DNA from: Vicugna vicugna
Taxonomy: Eukaryota
Direction of reading: 5' to 3'
NCBI GenBank assembly: GCA_013265495.1
Contig: MU057801.1
Coordinates: 2,039,879 to 2,071,919, forward strand
Length of the DNA stretch: 32,041 nt
The translations under genes and the position numbers were made by a program. Positions 20,192 to 32,041 of this stretch are shown piece by piece (position 1 is the stretch's first letter; each line of letters begins with the position of its first letter). Under the pieces are notes generated by a model, which ran no database searches, was not told the DNA's origin, and saw only the letters and a list, made by a program, of their open reading frames with translations.

Positions 20192-23100
20192 CGCAGTGAT
20201 GAGGCCACAGAGCAAGGTGAACGTCGGGACCCCGTGACTCCTTCCCTGGAACAGAGGACTGTTGACGCCACGTCTGACCCGCAGCGACAAGTCCAGGTCA
20301 AGTAGAGACGAGGTTACATTGCAAGGACGATGCTGGCCCGTTTGACACACACAGCAGTTCCCCCTCACTGACAGAAGGCCAAGAGTTCAGGTGACTTCGA
20401 CGCTTTAGAAATCGCCTGCGTCTTGGTTACAAGCCGGTTCATCCAGAGGAGAAAGCTCGTTTTTATGCTCTAACAGGGCCTTCTGTGCCCGTCGGAACAG
20501 AGCCAACGCCAGTCCGCTGTTCTCTTCAGTAACTGACGGCCGAATAAGCCGCTCGGAGACACGGTGACGGCCGCAGCGCGTGTGCGGTGGGGACAGGCCG
20601 CCATGCTTGTCACCTCAGCACTCGGGCTGCAGGCTGTCACCACCTCCTCCCTGCAGAGGCGTCCGGCACACTGGCCGCCACGCGCACGTGCTCACTGGCG
20701 GGGGAGCTCGGTCCCTGGCTGGAGGCCGTCGGTGACGGGCTCTGGGCACTGCACTGAGCACCAAGCACAGGTGGAGCTCTTATGAAAGTGTCTGTAGGAC
20801 TGAGAGCCCCACGCGCGTCTCACAGGTGCCTGACCGCCGCCGCCGTCCTGCCAGTGGCGGGCGCTGATCCAAGTGGCCTGATCGCGTTCACGGCCTCGCC
20901 AACCACCGGGACGGAAACTGTGAACGGAAGCCTGCTGCGGACGAGGGGCAGGCTCGGTTGCCCGGGCGCCTTTGCTGTGGTTCTCCTTCCTGCCATAAGC
21001 TGTGCGACTCTTATCAGGCGACGATCAGCCAGTGGACTTGTTGTAGTTCCATCTCACTGGGTAACAGTGGGAGTTAACCGGAAAAAGACCCAGCGAACAC
21101 GTTCTCCACGCCCTCCCCCGCGTCGCCAACACCCACGTGCACCCGCCTTTCTGGAGATAATTAAGCAAAGCCTGCAGCCCTAAGGGGCTCTGTGGGGTCT
21201 GACACTCACTCAGCAGCTTTCCTGTGTCAGATGGGTGACGGGGTAAATGGGGGAACTTTGGTGGCTCTGGGTAGTGAAGTTAAGAATGATTTCAGAGTTT
21301 TTCCCTGAAATTCCCTGAACTTTGAGGACTTCGGGAATGATGAGGTGAGACTGAAACACGTCACCGTGCTCTTTGATTTTCAAGCTGCGTCCGTGTGTTT
21401 TTCACTTTGCCAGCGAGGACACCAGGGGTGAGAACGGGACCCCCGCCCGGTCAAAGGCACAGGAAGGGGCCGGAGCGAAACTGCGTCAGACTCCTGAGTT
21501 CCGGGAGGACGCGCTTTGCTTCACGGATTTGACAGTTCAGCCTGGACCTGAGGGGCCCGGGCGGACCCCACGTCTCACTTTCTCTGCTCACTAGTGGATC
21601 TGACCCACTTGTGTGGGAAAACCACTCAGGGTCAAAGTCCCCAGTGACAGTCCCTGCAATTTTACCCAATTGCTTGCTGACTTGACTCCCTAATTAAACC
21701 TTGTTTCCTTTGATTTATAGTCTTGGGCCCTTTTCGCACAGTGAAAATGTCCCAGAGAGAGGCCATCATCCATTTCCATTAGAGTCCGCCGCAAGGGGAG
21801 AGGACGGAAGTTTGCCGAAAACCCAGCGTCCAGCCGCCCGCCTCCTCTGCCCCAGGAGGGCTGCCTGGAGCCGCTGGGTTAGGCTCTAGCTCCTCCTGTT
21901 GGGGCTCAACCGCGCCAGGCAGGCGCATCTTGATGTCTTAGCACAGTCCCGTTAGTCTGTGGCGGACCAGTCACCGAAAATGAAGAGTGAAACGTGAAGG
22001 AAAGCGGTTTCAGACGAGGGCTTGCTTGGTTCGCTCCCCGCCGTCCGCCTGGCCCCTGAGCCGACGAGCCTCCAGGCAGGACGTGCGGAGAGCCCAGGGT
22101 CAGGGAGGCTCTGCGAGGTGGGACCCGGGCGGCTGGACGGCAGCTCTGCCAGTCCCATCCTCGTGCGAGGCTCAGCGTCTTCAGGAATCCGTCAGGCTGA
22201 CTTTGGACCAGCTCCTCCCCGCACGTGCGAGGGCACCCCCGGGGGACCTTCCCGCTCTGTGCCGCCCGCAGTCAGGGCAGGGGTGGTGCTGACCGGGGAG
22301 ACGCTCAGCACCAAACCCTCTGCCCGGGGCCGCGGGAAGCAGGAAGGACCAGGGCCGGGCAGTGCCCACAGGGAGGCCTGGAGGGGCCGCGCGCTGAGTG
22401 CCCGTGCTGGGCGGTTCCAGGAAATTCCAGGCCCGCCAACCTAAGTGCCTTTCAGAGCAGCCACGCTGCTATCTTAGGGGCCGTGTTGAGGGAAACCGCT
22501 CTGTGAAAGCAAGACAGTTGCTCAGAGGAGAAAGGTCGGGTGGCTGGAGGGGCCCCTCTGTGCCTTCTGGGCTGCGGCCCGGATCGTGGGGCTGGGCTGT
22601 GACCACGACACCCCCTTGACAACTGTCCAAGGGCTCGCCGTCCCCTGAGCCTGGGCTGAGCCTTCATTCCCGGAGTAACAACTCAGCAGGGAGGAGGCCC
22701 TAGCTCCTCGGGTGAGTGAAGACGCTGGTCCCACCCATCAGCCCTGGGTGGGTCGGGGGTCGGGGCCCAGCCATCACCCCTGGGCTCAGGGGAGAAGCTC
22801 CCAAATGAGGCCGCCCCAGGGGGCTCACTTTCCTGCCACGTCCAGGGTGACCACCCTGGTCTCAGGGTCACGGCCCCCCCACCTGTTTGCAGACCTGGAT
22901 GGCGGAGCCTGGGTCCCTGTCTGTGGTCCTCGTGTCCACTCACTGTTCCTGGGGGCTCCTTCCTCCACTGTACAGTGAGGTCGGGGGGCCGTGTGCCGTC
23001 ACCCTTCCACTGACAAGCCACGTCTGGGCTCCAGAGGCTCACAGCTCCCCCGACAGCCCCACATCGCCTGTGCGCCAGGGACACGCCACCGTAGGACGGG

Positions 23101-24974
23101 CAGGAGGCCGGGGCGCCTGGACAGGGCTTATTTCCCTCTGGTTCTCACCGAGGTCCCAGGCCTTCCTGGGGACCAGGGCACCTAGGTTCCTCCCAGGCAC
23201 TCATCTGTGAAGATGCCCAGAATCCTCGCAGCTGATGGCACTGTTTGGGGCTTCGCTTAGGGGCTGGTGGGGCCCCTGTGGATGTTAGGCCCGAGGATAG
23301 CCTGGCTCGTGGCTCTAGGAAAGCACAGCTGCCCCCGGCCTCGTCCTACCGTGGGGATGTTCAGGAAGAGATGCGAGGCCGTCTCCAGGCGTCCGGCACC
23401 CACCATCCTGCTAGGACTGAAAAAGCAGGTGGGGTAAGGTCGGGCCCTGTGGCAGGTCGAAGATGGTGCAGGTTCCTAGACGGGCCTCCGTGTGCCCTGG
23501 TGAAGCGTGTTGGGGGCAGGGGTTGCTGTGTGGCTTCCACTGGGGCCTTGGTCTCACGGAACACAGGCTTTCTGGACGTTCCCCTCGGGATGTCCCCACG
23601 TGACAAGCTGGCCATGTGGACAGGCATGTGTGACGCTTGGGGGGGCAGCCTCAGCTGGGCTCTCAGCCAGCAGTCAGCACCGCCTGCTGCCAAGCCGATC
23701 ACCCTGGCCCCTCCAGTCTGGGAGGAGACGGAGGCCCCAGCAGGCCTGATCGTAACCAGCTGAGGGATTCCAAGTGAGGCCTTCCCGGGGGGGCTCACCC
23801 CAACCCCTGGCCCTCGATGCTGAGCAAGTGGCTGAGTTAGAGGGTAATCGAGTGCGTAGCAGCAGACACCTGGATCCAGGTGAGCTGCCTGCAGGCCGTG
23901 GGGGGGGGCGGGCATCGGAGGGGCCCAGGCTGCTTGCTCTGGCCAGAAGACTAAGGATTTCTCCTGGCAACGCAGGCCAGCGTGCAAACCCACCCCACAC
24001 AGGAGACTTCCGAGGAGAGAGCTGGGAGCAGACTTTTAATTGGCGGGTGGGGGCTCATCTCGGCGAGAACAAAGCAGGTGGGCAGGATCTGGGGCAGAGA
24101 TGAGCTCAGAAGCTGTCCAGATGGATTTCGGGAACAGACAAGCCCCGGGGACGCAGGAGCAGAAGACAGAGGACCGAAAAGCAGACACCGTGCGTCCCAG
24201 CGTGAACGGCAGGGTGACATTTTGCTGTTACTGTCGAAGCCGCCTCTCATTTCGCCGGCCAGCTTGTTCCAGGATTTGCATTCCCCCAGGGACGGGGTTC
24301 ACGGTACTCATTGTCCCCGAGGGGAAGAAGTGGGTCTCTCTCTTCTGAAAATAATCTCACAATTGACTGAGCTTCCGGGAAGCCGGAGTTTCTGCGCAGC
24401 CCCTGTGTGTGTCCGCAGACTGGGGCACGCGCTCCGATATGCCGTGGCTCAGCCCCCATTAGTTTCGCATAAGTCGGATTTAAAACCCAGCACAACTTGC
24501 ATTCTGAAGAATCACACGTGAATCCTCCAAACCTCGTAATTCCCCAAACTTTGTCCCAGTGTCTTGAAGGACAACTTGCCTGTCCTCCAGCTGCTGAAAC
24601 GGTGGCGGCCCCCGGAGCAGGTGCATCCTTGGTAGAACTTTGTCCCTTGGCTCTAAGTTTCGCAAGAATCCAAACTTTCTGAAAACCAAGTCGGGTCCCC
24701 AGGGCTCAGTGAGAGAGGAAAGAGAAAGCGGGGACTCGCCTGTGTGGGAATGTCCCCCCCATGGGTGGGCAGGGTCACCGCCTCTTGTCCTGCAAGGAGG
24801 ACGGGGAAGGGAGAGGAGGGTGAAGAAATGGGGGGCGATGTGCTTTCAGGTTCCTCGATTCCACCGGGTCCGCTCCCCAGCCTGGGCTGAGCTTAGTAAC
24901 CCTGGGTAGACAGCCGCTTAGTCCCGCTTTTCAGCCGGCTGAGTGTTTGTTTGTTTCTGTTTGTAAGAGGACAG

Positions 24975-25473
24975 TGTGACAAGATCAAGACGAAGGACTG
25001 TGACATTTGAAGGTAACCGTGGCTCCAGCAGTTGGTTGCCTTTATCTGGGGAAGCCTCGGGGTGAGATGGGAAGCCCCATGGACAGAACAGCAGGACCCC
25101 GGCAGGGCACGGCTTCCCCTCCGGCGCCATCCGGTTCCCTGGCCTGGCGGCATCACCTCGCTTTTGCGTTTCTGTAAAACAGCTTGCTTCTAGGAAAACG
25201 AAACTTACCCCTAAAATTCCACTGGTTCCCAAAGGCTCGCTCCTGATTGGTCCGTTTCTGACACCTCACTTTGCATATGGCACCAACCTAGTCGAAACGT
25301 AAAACCCTGCATAAGCCTGTGTAAGCCCACAGCCGGGGTCCAGAGCTTAGGGCGTTAGCTCCTCTGGGCCCGCCGCGTAGTAAACCCGAGTTCTCGGGCC
25401 CTCCAAGTGCGGCTTGCCTCTCGCCCGGACCCAGCTGCCGTCACGCTGCTGTGGCACCTACAGAGCTGTCACA
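24975..25473 (+). mobile_element. ERV1-class solo LTR (cetartiodactyl-type)
   Basis: Inverted termini TGTGACA...TGTCACA. In U3-R-U5 order: CTGATTGG (CCAAT box), CTTTGCAT (octamer-like), CATAAGCCTGTGTAAG (TATA position), CTCCTCTGGGCCCGCCGCGTAGTAAACCCGAG (poly(A)-signal position). No clear TSD; the 5' end could instead be 24999. Confidence 0.75.
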
Positions 25474-26707
25474 GGGGCTGCGGGCGGTCGGTCGCATTCA
25501 CGTGCGTTGACTCCGGCTTAGACTCTGGTTCACGACGTGGGCTGCCACGCGTGAGCGCCAGCTGCACCCAGCGGCCCCTTGTCTAACGGCTGTAACGGTA
25601 TCACAGTTAAGGTCACAGAATTACTAGGTCACAAGCTCAGATGAGTCTCACCCTTGAGATTCCCAGTCTCTTCCTTTCACCATCAAGCCATACAACCTTC
25701 GGGAAACCAGGGGCGACGTGTCCGATTGCAGACCAGAAAGAAAGCTGTAAGGTATTACTGGACCGTGAGATTTCCCGGCATAAAATGTCAAGTTCTACTT
25801 GAACCACATTCACCCTGAGATAAGATTACAAAATGAACAGAGAGGAGAAATTTTTTCCTTATAACCCTCTTGAGGCTAGACTCTTCCTCCAAGAAGAGAT
25901 GTGCACCCCAAGAGAGATGGGGCCTCTCCTTCAAGAGGAGACAAAGGCAGCATTTGAGAAATATTTGCAGAATTGTTGCAACCTCCCTGTTGCATTATGA
26001 GGTTTGGAGCAAACCAAGGCGGGTGCAGAGGAGAGAGCCGGACCTCCCTTTCCACGGGGAGAAGACAGGAAGGTCTGGGAAGGTGAGGAATAAACTTGAC
26101 CGCATTTCTCTGAGGCCAGGGGGCTGCCACACTCCGACCAGGACTTCCTGGCAACCGTTCCAGTAAGGTTTTACTGAGAAATGGAGAAATCTGAAAGGTA
26201 AGAGGGGAGAGGGAAAATGATACAGCAGAGAACGTTCCCACGGCAGCAAGCAAGGCTCCTCCAGGAAAGAGGGAACCTGGGAGCAGCGTGCTGTTGTCCG
26301 GTGGGAGGGTCGCGCATCTGTGCCCCGTTTGAAGAGATCGCTTTGGTTGCTGCCAACAGAAGAGGGAGGAGGGCAGCCTCAGGAGGCCACTTAGAAGCAG
26401 CTCCAGCGGCAGGACGTGATCCCGGGTTGCCCTCAGGTGGAGGTGCCGGGTGTGGAGACGTGGGCAGGCTGAGGATCCCTGGGCTTGGGGTGGGGGGCTG
26501 GGAAGCATCTTGGTGAATTCAGGTGAGTGAGCAACACAGGAGACAGGGGCCTGGGTCGGGGGTGCTGACGGCAGTTCCAGCCTCGGATGCAGAAGTCCAG
26601 CCTTCTTGACCTTGAAGGGCCCAGAAGACAAGCAGGCCCATTAGCCACATTCTGACGCTCGACCTCCGTGCCCTGAAACTGCTTTTCTTCACCCCAAAAT
26701 GGAGGTA

Positions 26708-26905
26708 CCATCGGCCCTCAGCATCCCTGGGGGATTGGTGCCGGGATCCCTGGACCCAAAATCCGCAGATGCTCCCGTCCCTTACACAAAACGGTGCGGT
26801 ACCGCGGGCCCTCAGTATCCCCGGGTTTCCGTATCCGCAATTCAGCCAACCACGGATGGAAACTTCCATCCGTGGTTGGTTAAATCCGCGAATACAGGGC
26901 TCTCA
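26708..26905. mobile_element. TcMar-Tigger MITE (MER2/MER8-like), possibly inserted in a MIR
   Basis: TA at 26706-26707, then CCATCGGCCCTCAGCATCCCTGGGGGATTGGTGCCGGGATCCC...CCAAAATCCGCAGATGCTC...GTCCCTTA; internal palindrome at 26846-26879. Confidence 0.8.
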
Positions 26906-27539
26906 CACCTCCCTCACCGGCCCGTCGAATCTGAGGCGGTGACTCACACCCACGCTTCAGAAGGGGGGACGCAGTGTGCAGGTGTGCACTGTAATACCAG
27001 CTGGAAGAGGGCGGACCCCTGTCACCCCACAGGTGGGCACTGGCTCCCACAGGCAGATGGGGAGCTGTGGAAATCCGCAGCTGCGAGTAGCCAGCACGGT
27101 GTCTGAACACGGCTCCTGCCCTGCAGCCGACACGGTGCACGTGCGTCTGCGCGAGGGTGGTGTGTGTGTTGCCGTGAGCGGGCACGCGTGTGCATGCGTG
27201 TGTCCAGTGCAACACGGGAGGGAGGAGGGAGGGAGAAGGGAGGGAGAAATGAAGTTCCCAAAGGAAAGCCGAGGAGGTGAACCCGGCGCTGGCGAGTCGT
27301 GGGCGTGGCTGACGTCCGTGTCCCTGGAGCTGCGTCCGCAGGGTGAGTGGGCGGGGGAGGCGTTCCTCGTGGACATCCAGGGGGCGCTGGCCACCGTGCC
27401 ACTGGGAGGAAAGGGAACTGAGACGTGGTTAGGAGTCCTGTGAGCTTTGCCAGCAGGAATGGCCAGTTCCCGAGTGTCTGATAAAGCAGTGCAGCCGGTA
27501 CCAACACTGCGGGTACTGGGAGCCAAAAATACCCGTCAC

Positions 27540-27700
27540 TTACAGGGCAGGTGCTTTCACAGCCGTTCACTGGAGCTGCGATCTCACCCCAGCTCAGAAA
27601 CGAAGCATCGAAGCTCGGAGGACGTAAACGAGGTGCTCGAGGCAGAAGTGATGAAATCAGAAGTACTGAGCTTGAGACCTGGGAGTGGGTCCTGAGGACA
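27540..27700 (-). mobile_element. Possible MIR fragment, antisense
   Basis: CTCAGAAACGAAGCATCGAAGCTCGGAGGACGTAAACGAGGTGCTCGAGG loosely matches ACAGATGAGGAAACTGAGGCTCAGAGAGGTTAAGTAACTTGCCCAAGG. Confidence 0.35.
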
Positions 27701-28374
27701 AGAGCGGCCAGGAGACCATCAGAGGAGGCAGCCCTGTCTGCACGCTTAATCTCTGTAAGCTGGTGCGTTAACCTTGGCCGCTAGCTGTTCCCAAGTGTCT
27801 TGGTCCCTTCTGGTTGCTGTAACCAAAGCCCCAGGCTGGCGGGCGGGGTGGGGAGGGGGACTTACAAGCGATGGAAGTTAGTTTCTCATGGCTGTGGAAG
27901 CCCGGAAACCCAAGAGCAAGGAGCTGGTGGGTGTCTGGGGTCCAGGGAGGGCTGGCTGCCCGGCTCACAGCCGGCTCCTTCCCTGGGCCCTCGTGGGGAG
28001 GGGTGCTCAGCGATGCTTTGCACCCGTCGGATGATTATGGTGATGACAGTATGTTTTAGAGAAAGATTTTGGAATCTGGTCTTACCCTCCATCTTTACTC
28101 AGATGTGCCTGGTTTTGACCGCGAAAATGTTAGAATTAATCACTTTAATCTGCTTTTAAGCCACTGATTTTTCAAAATTCTTCATTTCAAATTATCAGAT
28201 CACGTTTTTCCTATTCATTCCTCCTGTGTCTGCGGGTTAGCAGTAGGTGATGGGGTAGGTAACTTGTGATGCGCTGTGTAGGCATCCTGCGCTACCCAGG
28301 AAAGCACTGTCTCACAGGACAGCGTTTACGGGCGTGGGGAAGTGTTCGTGATTTGTTTACGGAGAACAAGTAAG

Positions 28375-28592
28375 CTACGAAGCAGTAGGAGAGCATGGTG
28401 ACATTCCTGTAATGTTACACATTTACGTGTGTGTCCGTCAAAGACATTGAAACGTTAACCCAAGTCACCTCCGACCGGTGAGATTTTGAGGGATTCTTTT
28501 GTTTTTTGAATTTGAGCTGCTCTGTTTCTCTAGTTAAACGTATTGAGCAGAAATCAGTCTTAAAATTAGAAAATAAAAATTGTAAAACAAAC
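28375..28592 (+). mobile_element. L1ME-type 3' end
   Basis: AAACGTTAACCCAAGTCACCTCCGACCGGTGAGATTTTGAGGGATTCTTTT...TTAAAATTAGAAAATAAAAA. Confidence 0.5.
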
Positions 28593-29549
28593 ACGTGTCA
28601 CGTAACAAAGCTGGAGAGGTGAGTCTGAAAACTCCCAGCTGCTGACGCTCCTGACGGCGGGAGCTGGACATGGCTCGGAACCGCTGGTCTGACGGCCCCG
28701 GGGAGCGTGCTCGGCTCAGAGCGCCCCAGCCCTAATTCTGTGTCCGCCCTTTACACGGCGACTGCGGGCCTCCTCCCCGCATCGGGGCCGCTGTTCGTTT
28801 TCACTGACCAAGAGCCGACAGAAATAGTGCAGCCTGCGTCCAGGTGGACCTCTCGCTTCCTGGGAGGAGGGGCTCCAACAAAGCAGGGGCCCTTTGCAGT
28901 GCTGCTTGAATTACCCAGCTTGGCCTTTGTTTACTTAGGACTCACACCTCCGGGCTCCGCATCTCCTTCCCAGCGGGGGTGCGCCCGGACGGCCCTGCGC
29001 TGTGCAGACTCCTCCCCGAAGGCCGTGAGCTCCGGCCCCAGCACTGGGAAACATGTGTTTCTGATGCTCGGACAGGATTGTTCTTGGCGCTAAGTTCCAG
29101 GACTTAGCACTTGTGAAACTGAGATAAAACGGCTCTGGGACTTCCAAGAGCCGCCGGCTACGACCCGACTTCGGAAGGACCGAGCAGCTCATCCACGCGG
29201 GAGTCACATTTGCTCTCTTCTCTGAAGAGGCTTCACGTGCTCACCTGGAGGCTCTGCGTCACCTCAGGGAGCCTGTCTGCTTGGTGGTGTGCGCTTTGCA
29301 CTCACACATTCATGGTGGTTCGGGGTGGCTCTGAGGCCGGAACGCAGGCTTGCCCCAAGCACTTGGGTCGGAAGGCCCGGGCCTGGGCCCAGACGCAGAG
29401 CCTGGCCCAAGCGCCTGGGGCCACACCGCTCTGCACTCACCCCTGGTGGGCCCACACTGATGTGCGCTCCCAGGGGAGGGCAGCTTGCTGGGGAATGTCC
29501 AACACGCTCTCCAGTCCCAAATTCAGACTCATTGCTTAGAGATGGGATG

Positions 29550-30305
29550 AGGTTTTTAAAAGCATTTCAGGGGGATGTACTTTACACACAGTGCGGCATG
29601 GCTATTTGGTGGGAATTGCATGGTTTGCCCGAGACGCCCGTGTCTCTCAGGGCTCGGAGTCCTGCGCACCCTCCCGGCCGCGTGCCCCAGGCCCAACCCA
29701 GGGCCCCGCAGTCTGACGGCAGCCTCACGGAAGCGGAGACGCACGACCCCTGTCAGGCTTCATCACACAGTGTATCCACGGCTGCCTGCACCAGCGGCTC
29801 GTTCCTTTTTTAAAAAATTGTTTAACTAAGTATTTACTTTTGTTGAAGTGCAGTCAGTTACGTTGTGTTAATTGCTGGCGCACAGCACAGTGATTCAGTT
29901 GTGCGTATATGTTCCTCTTCGTGTTCTTTTTCATCACAGGCCTTTACAAGGTTTTACATGCAGTTCCCTGTGCCGTGCAGCGGGGCCTTGCTGCTCACCT
30001 GTTTTACATACAGAAGTGCGCGTCTGCTAAGCCAGGGCTCCCAGTCCACCCACCACCGCCACCACCCCACCTCCCGTTTCTTCTCACTGCTGGGTAAAGT
30101 CCACGCGCACATCCTGCCGATGCGCGTGCGAGCGGCGTGTGCTCTGGGGCCATTATGAGTGAGGCTCCTACTAACAGTCCTGTAGGAAACGGCCTGTGGA
30201 CGTGTGCTTTCATTTTTCTCGGGTAAATGCCTGACTGTGGAACTGCCGGCTCGAGGTGTGAATAACTTTATGAGAAGCAGGATGGAGCGATTTGGAAAGT
30301 GGAAA
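29550..30305 (-). mobile_element. Old L1 (L1MB/ME-type) 3' region, antisense, interrupted by a young L1
   Basis: TATCCACGGCTGCCTGCACCAGCGGCTCGTTCCTTTTT before the insert; GGGGCCATTATGAGTGAGGCT...GTGGACGTGTGCTTTCATTTTTCTCGGGTAAATGCCT...AACTTTATGAGAAGC after it. Confidence 0.7.
29806..30075 (-). mobile_element. Young (camelid-type) L1 3' tail, antisense, nested
   Basis: TTGAAGTGCAGTCAGTTACGTTGTGTTAATTGCTGGCGCACAGCACAGTGATTCAGTT...TTCTTTTTCATCACAGG...CAGTTCCCTGTGC. TSD-like flanks CTCGTTCCTTTTT and CCCGTTTCTTCTC. Confidence 0.8.
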
Positions 30306-30559
30306 TTTCTGGTGGACTGGTGGCCTCTCAGAGGGAAAAGGGAGCGTTGATTCCTTGGTGATTTAGACAAAAGCAACCGACATGCAGAGGGGCCACGTGA
30401 CCGCCCCCGGCTCTAAGCCCAGTAAACAGCAGGTCGGCCGGGACACTTCCCCGAGTCTGTGCTCCGCTCTTGAGGGACGTCGCAAAACCCCACTGCTCCC
30501 GCTTGAGAGGTCGGGCTTGTGCCCGAATGGCTGAGCTCATTTCCTTGCCCTGAACCATG

Positions 30560-31130
30560 AGGAAAACGGAGCCTGTGCCGACCGGGCTGCGCTCGCGCGC
30601 GGCTGCGTTACACGTGGGTTCTTGGCGTGTCGTGTTCAGGGTGCCGAGGGCGACGGGGACCAGCTGAACGTGCGCCGCCTTGGGGACGCGTCCTGGATTT
30701 AGATTTCCCTCAGACACGTAAGATGGGTTTCAGGAGGAAAGGAAGAAATCTCCTTTAAAGGACATCTAGGCCGTAAGGTGGCGCCTGGCGGGGAGCGCAG
30801 GCTGAAACGGCGCTCCTCAGACACAGGAGACGACAGTGAGGCGGCGCGCGACGCGGCAGAGGGAAAACTAAAGCCACCCACCGACAGGCACAGCAGAAGC
30901 CGGCCTGGCAGGCCGCTGGGGCAGCGGTGTCTCAGCAGCACGGAATCAGGCGGCCGGCTCGGGGGGCGAGCGGGGTACCCTCAGCCTCCCCGAGCCCCCG
31001 TAGCTCTAGCGGCACGAGGCGGGATGGAGCGCGCACGGCCCCAGCTCGCACACCCCGTGAGGGCCCCCAGAGGCCCCCTGCCAGGCCCCCCGCCCCAGCT
31101 CTCCCTGTCCAGCCAGGGCCTCAGGGCCCG
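30560..31130. promoter_or_regulatory. CpG-rich region about 1 kb before the terminal CpG island
   Basis: Dense CpG (e.g. GCGCTCGCGCGCGG, GGCGGCGCGCGACGCGG); no repeat recognised. Confidence 0.45.
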
Positions 31131-31564
31131 CCCGCAGCTGTGCCAGGAGGGCAGGGCCCGCAGGAGAGTTCAGGGCCCTTCTGGGTTCAGCCGGGAGACA
31201 GGCCCTTGGAAGCAGCGGAGTCCTACTCAACATCCTGAGAAAGTTTACAAAAATCTGGGATCAACTCCCTATCAAAGGCAGCCATCGACTGTTGAGCCCC
31301 AGAGAGAGTTCAGAGCGGGGGGAGGTCAACTGGACGTCCGACCGCGGGCTGAAGGAGGGGTTCGAAGGGCTCCGGCCCTGGCGTTGTCAGGCTTTCCCGG
31401 GGGAGACTCACGGCAGACGCGCGATCCAGCCAGCAGGGCAAGACGGAGGGAAGGGGCCCGTCGGGGCTAGGGGACCCCTGCCGCTCCTGGACGAAGGATT
31501 GCTCCAATTACACGTTTTGCTTGGTCACTTGGCGTTCCCTTTGCTGCTCATGAACTTTTTGTTC

Positions 31565-31690
31565 CGCTGCGTTACTTCTGGCTGCATGGTCTTGACCAGC
31601 TCACGTAACTTCTTGGAGACTCACTTTTCTCGTCTCTGAAATGGGCACAACGTGAAGCCTGCGCAGGATTTAGAGAAGATTAGCGTTTGA
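31565..31690 (+). mobile_element. MIR core fragment
   Basis: TGGCTGCATGGTCTTGACCAGCTCACGTAACTTCTTGGAGACTCACTTTTCTCGTCTCTGAAATGGGCACAAC...GAGAAGATTA. Confidence 0.65.
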
Positions 31691-31889
31691 TGGTTTGTAG
31701 AAAAAGCTGGTTTGGGAAGCATAAGGGCCATAGAACGGTTAGTTTCGAGTTTTAACTAAAACTGACTTTCCAGATGCTGTTGTATTAATGCCAACCAGAG
31801 ACTTTGGGATGTAGTTTAACCGTAAGCACGGCTTGGATCTGGGGACAAGAGTAACGTGGTAGAAGCGCTGCCTGGGGGCTGAGCCTAGA

Positions 31890-32041
31890 GCGCAGTGTTG
31901 GTCAGAGGCGGCCGGTCCACAAGGAGAGCCCGCCCGCCTGTGAGCGCCGGCCTCCCCGGCGTGGGTGGGCCACGCGCGCCCCCGGGCGTCAGGCTCCGGG
32001 CTGCCCGGGGAAGGCCGCCCCTCCCGGCCCCCCGCCCGCCG
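31890..32041 (+). promoter_or_regulatory. Start of a CpG-island promoter (gene outside the window)
   Basis: Sharp rise to extreme GC and CpG with SP/KLF boxes (CCGCCC, CCCCGCCC) running to the window end; strand inferred. Confidence 0.65.

Noticed and set aside
21336..21430. ATGATGA...CTGA resembling C/D box snoRNA motifs
   Set aside because: CTGA is only a few nt after the C box; no terminal D box, terminal stem or recognisable guide.

Overview
GC-rich, CpG-rich mammalian genomic DNA, essentially non-coding and probably subtelomeric. The young L1 3' tails (...ACATTGTAACTGACTATACTTCAATAAAA-like) and the absence of Alu, Bov-A/tA, PRE-1, CHR or Can SINEs suggest a camelid, or at least a cetartiodactyl (inference). 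I can support no protein-coding exon. The ORF track is what GC-rich DNA gives by chance, apart from decayed LINE ORF2 remnants (L1 at ~5.1-5.3 kb, L2 RT at ~6.8-7.2 kb). The window looks like the interval between two divergent promoters. At the left edge is a minus-strand first exon with a strong splice donor at 230 and HNF1/FOXA-like sites; at the right edge a CpG island begins. Between them lie old L1, L2 and MIR fragments, three LTRs, a Tigger-type MITE, three young L1 tails (two nested in old L1s, one apparently 5'-inverted), a 20-bp minisatellite spanning an N gap, a 79-bp tandem duplication and several enhancer-like motif clusters. I found no supportable new biological system. The best leads are strong AT-to-GC conversion of old repeats, six copies of the CCACGTGAC E-box, a 22-bp HNF1-like palindrome and possible divergent spliced lncRNAs. 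Repeat family names come from recalled consensus sequences, and boundaries are approximate.
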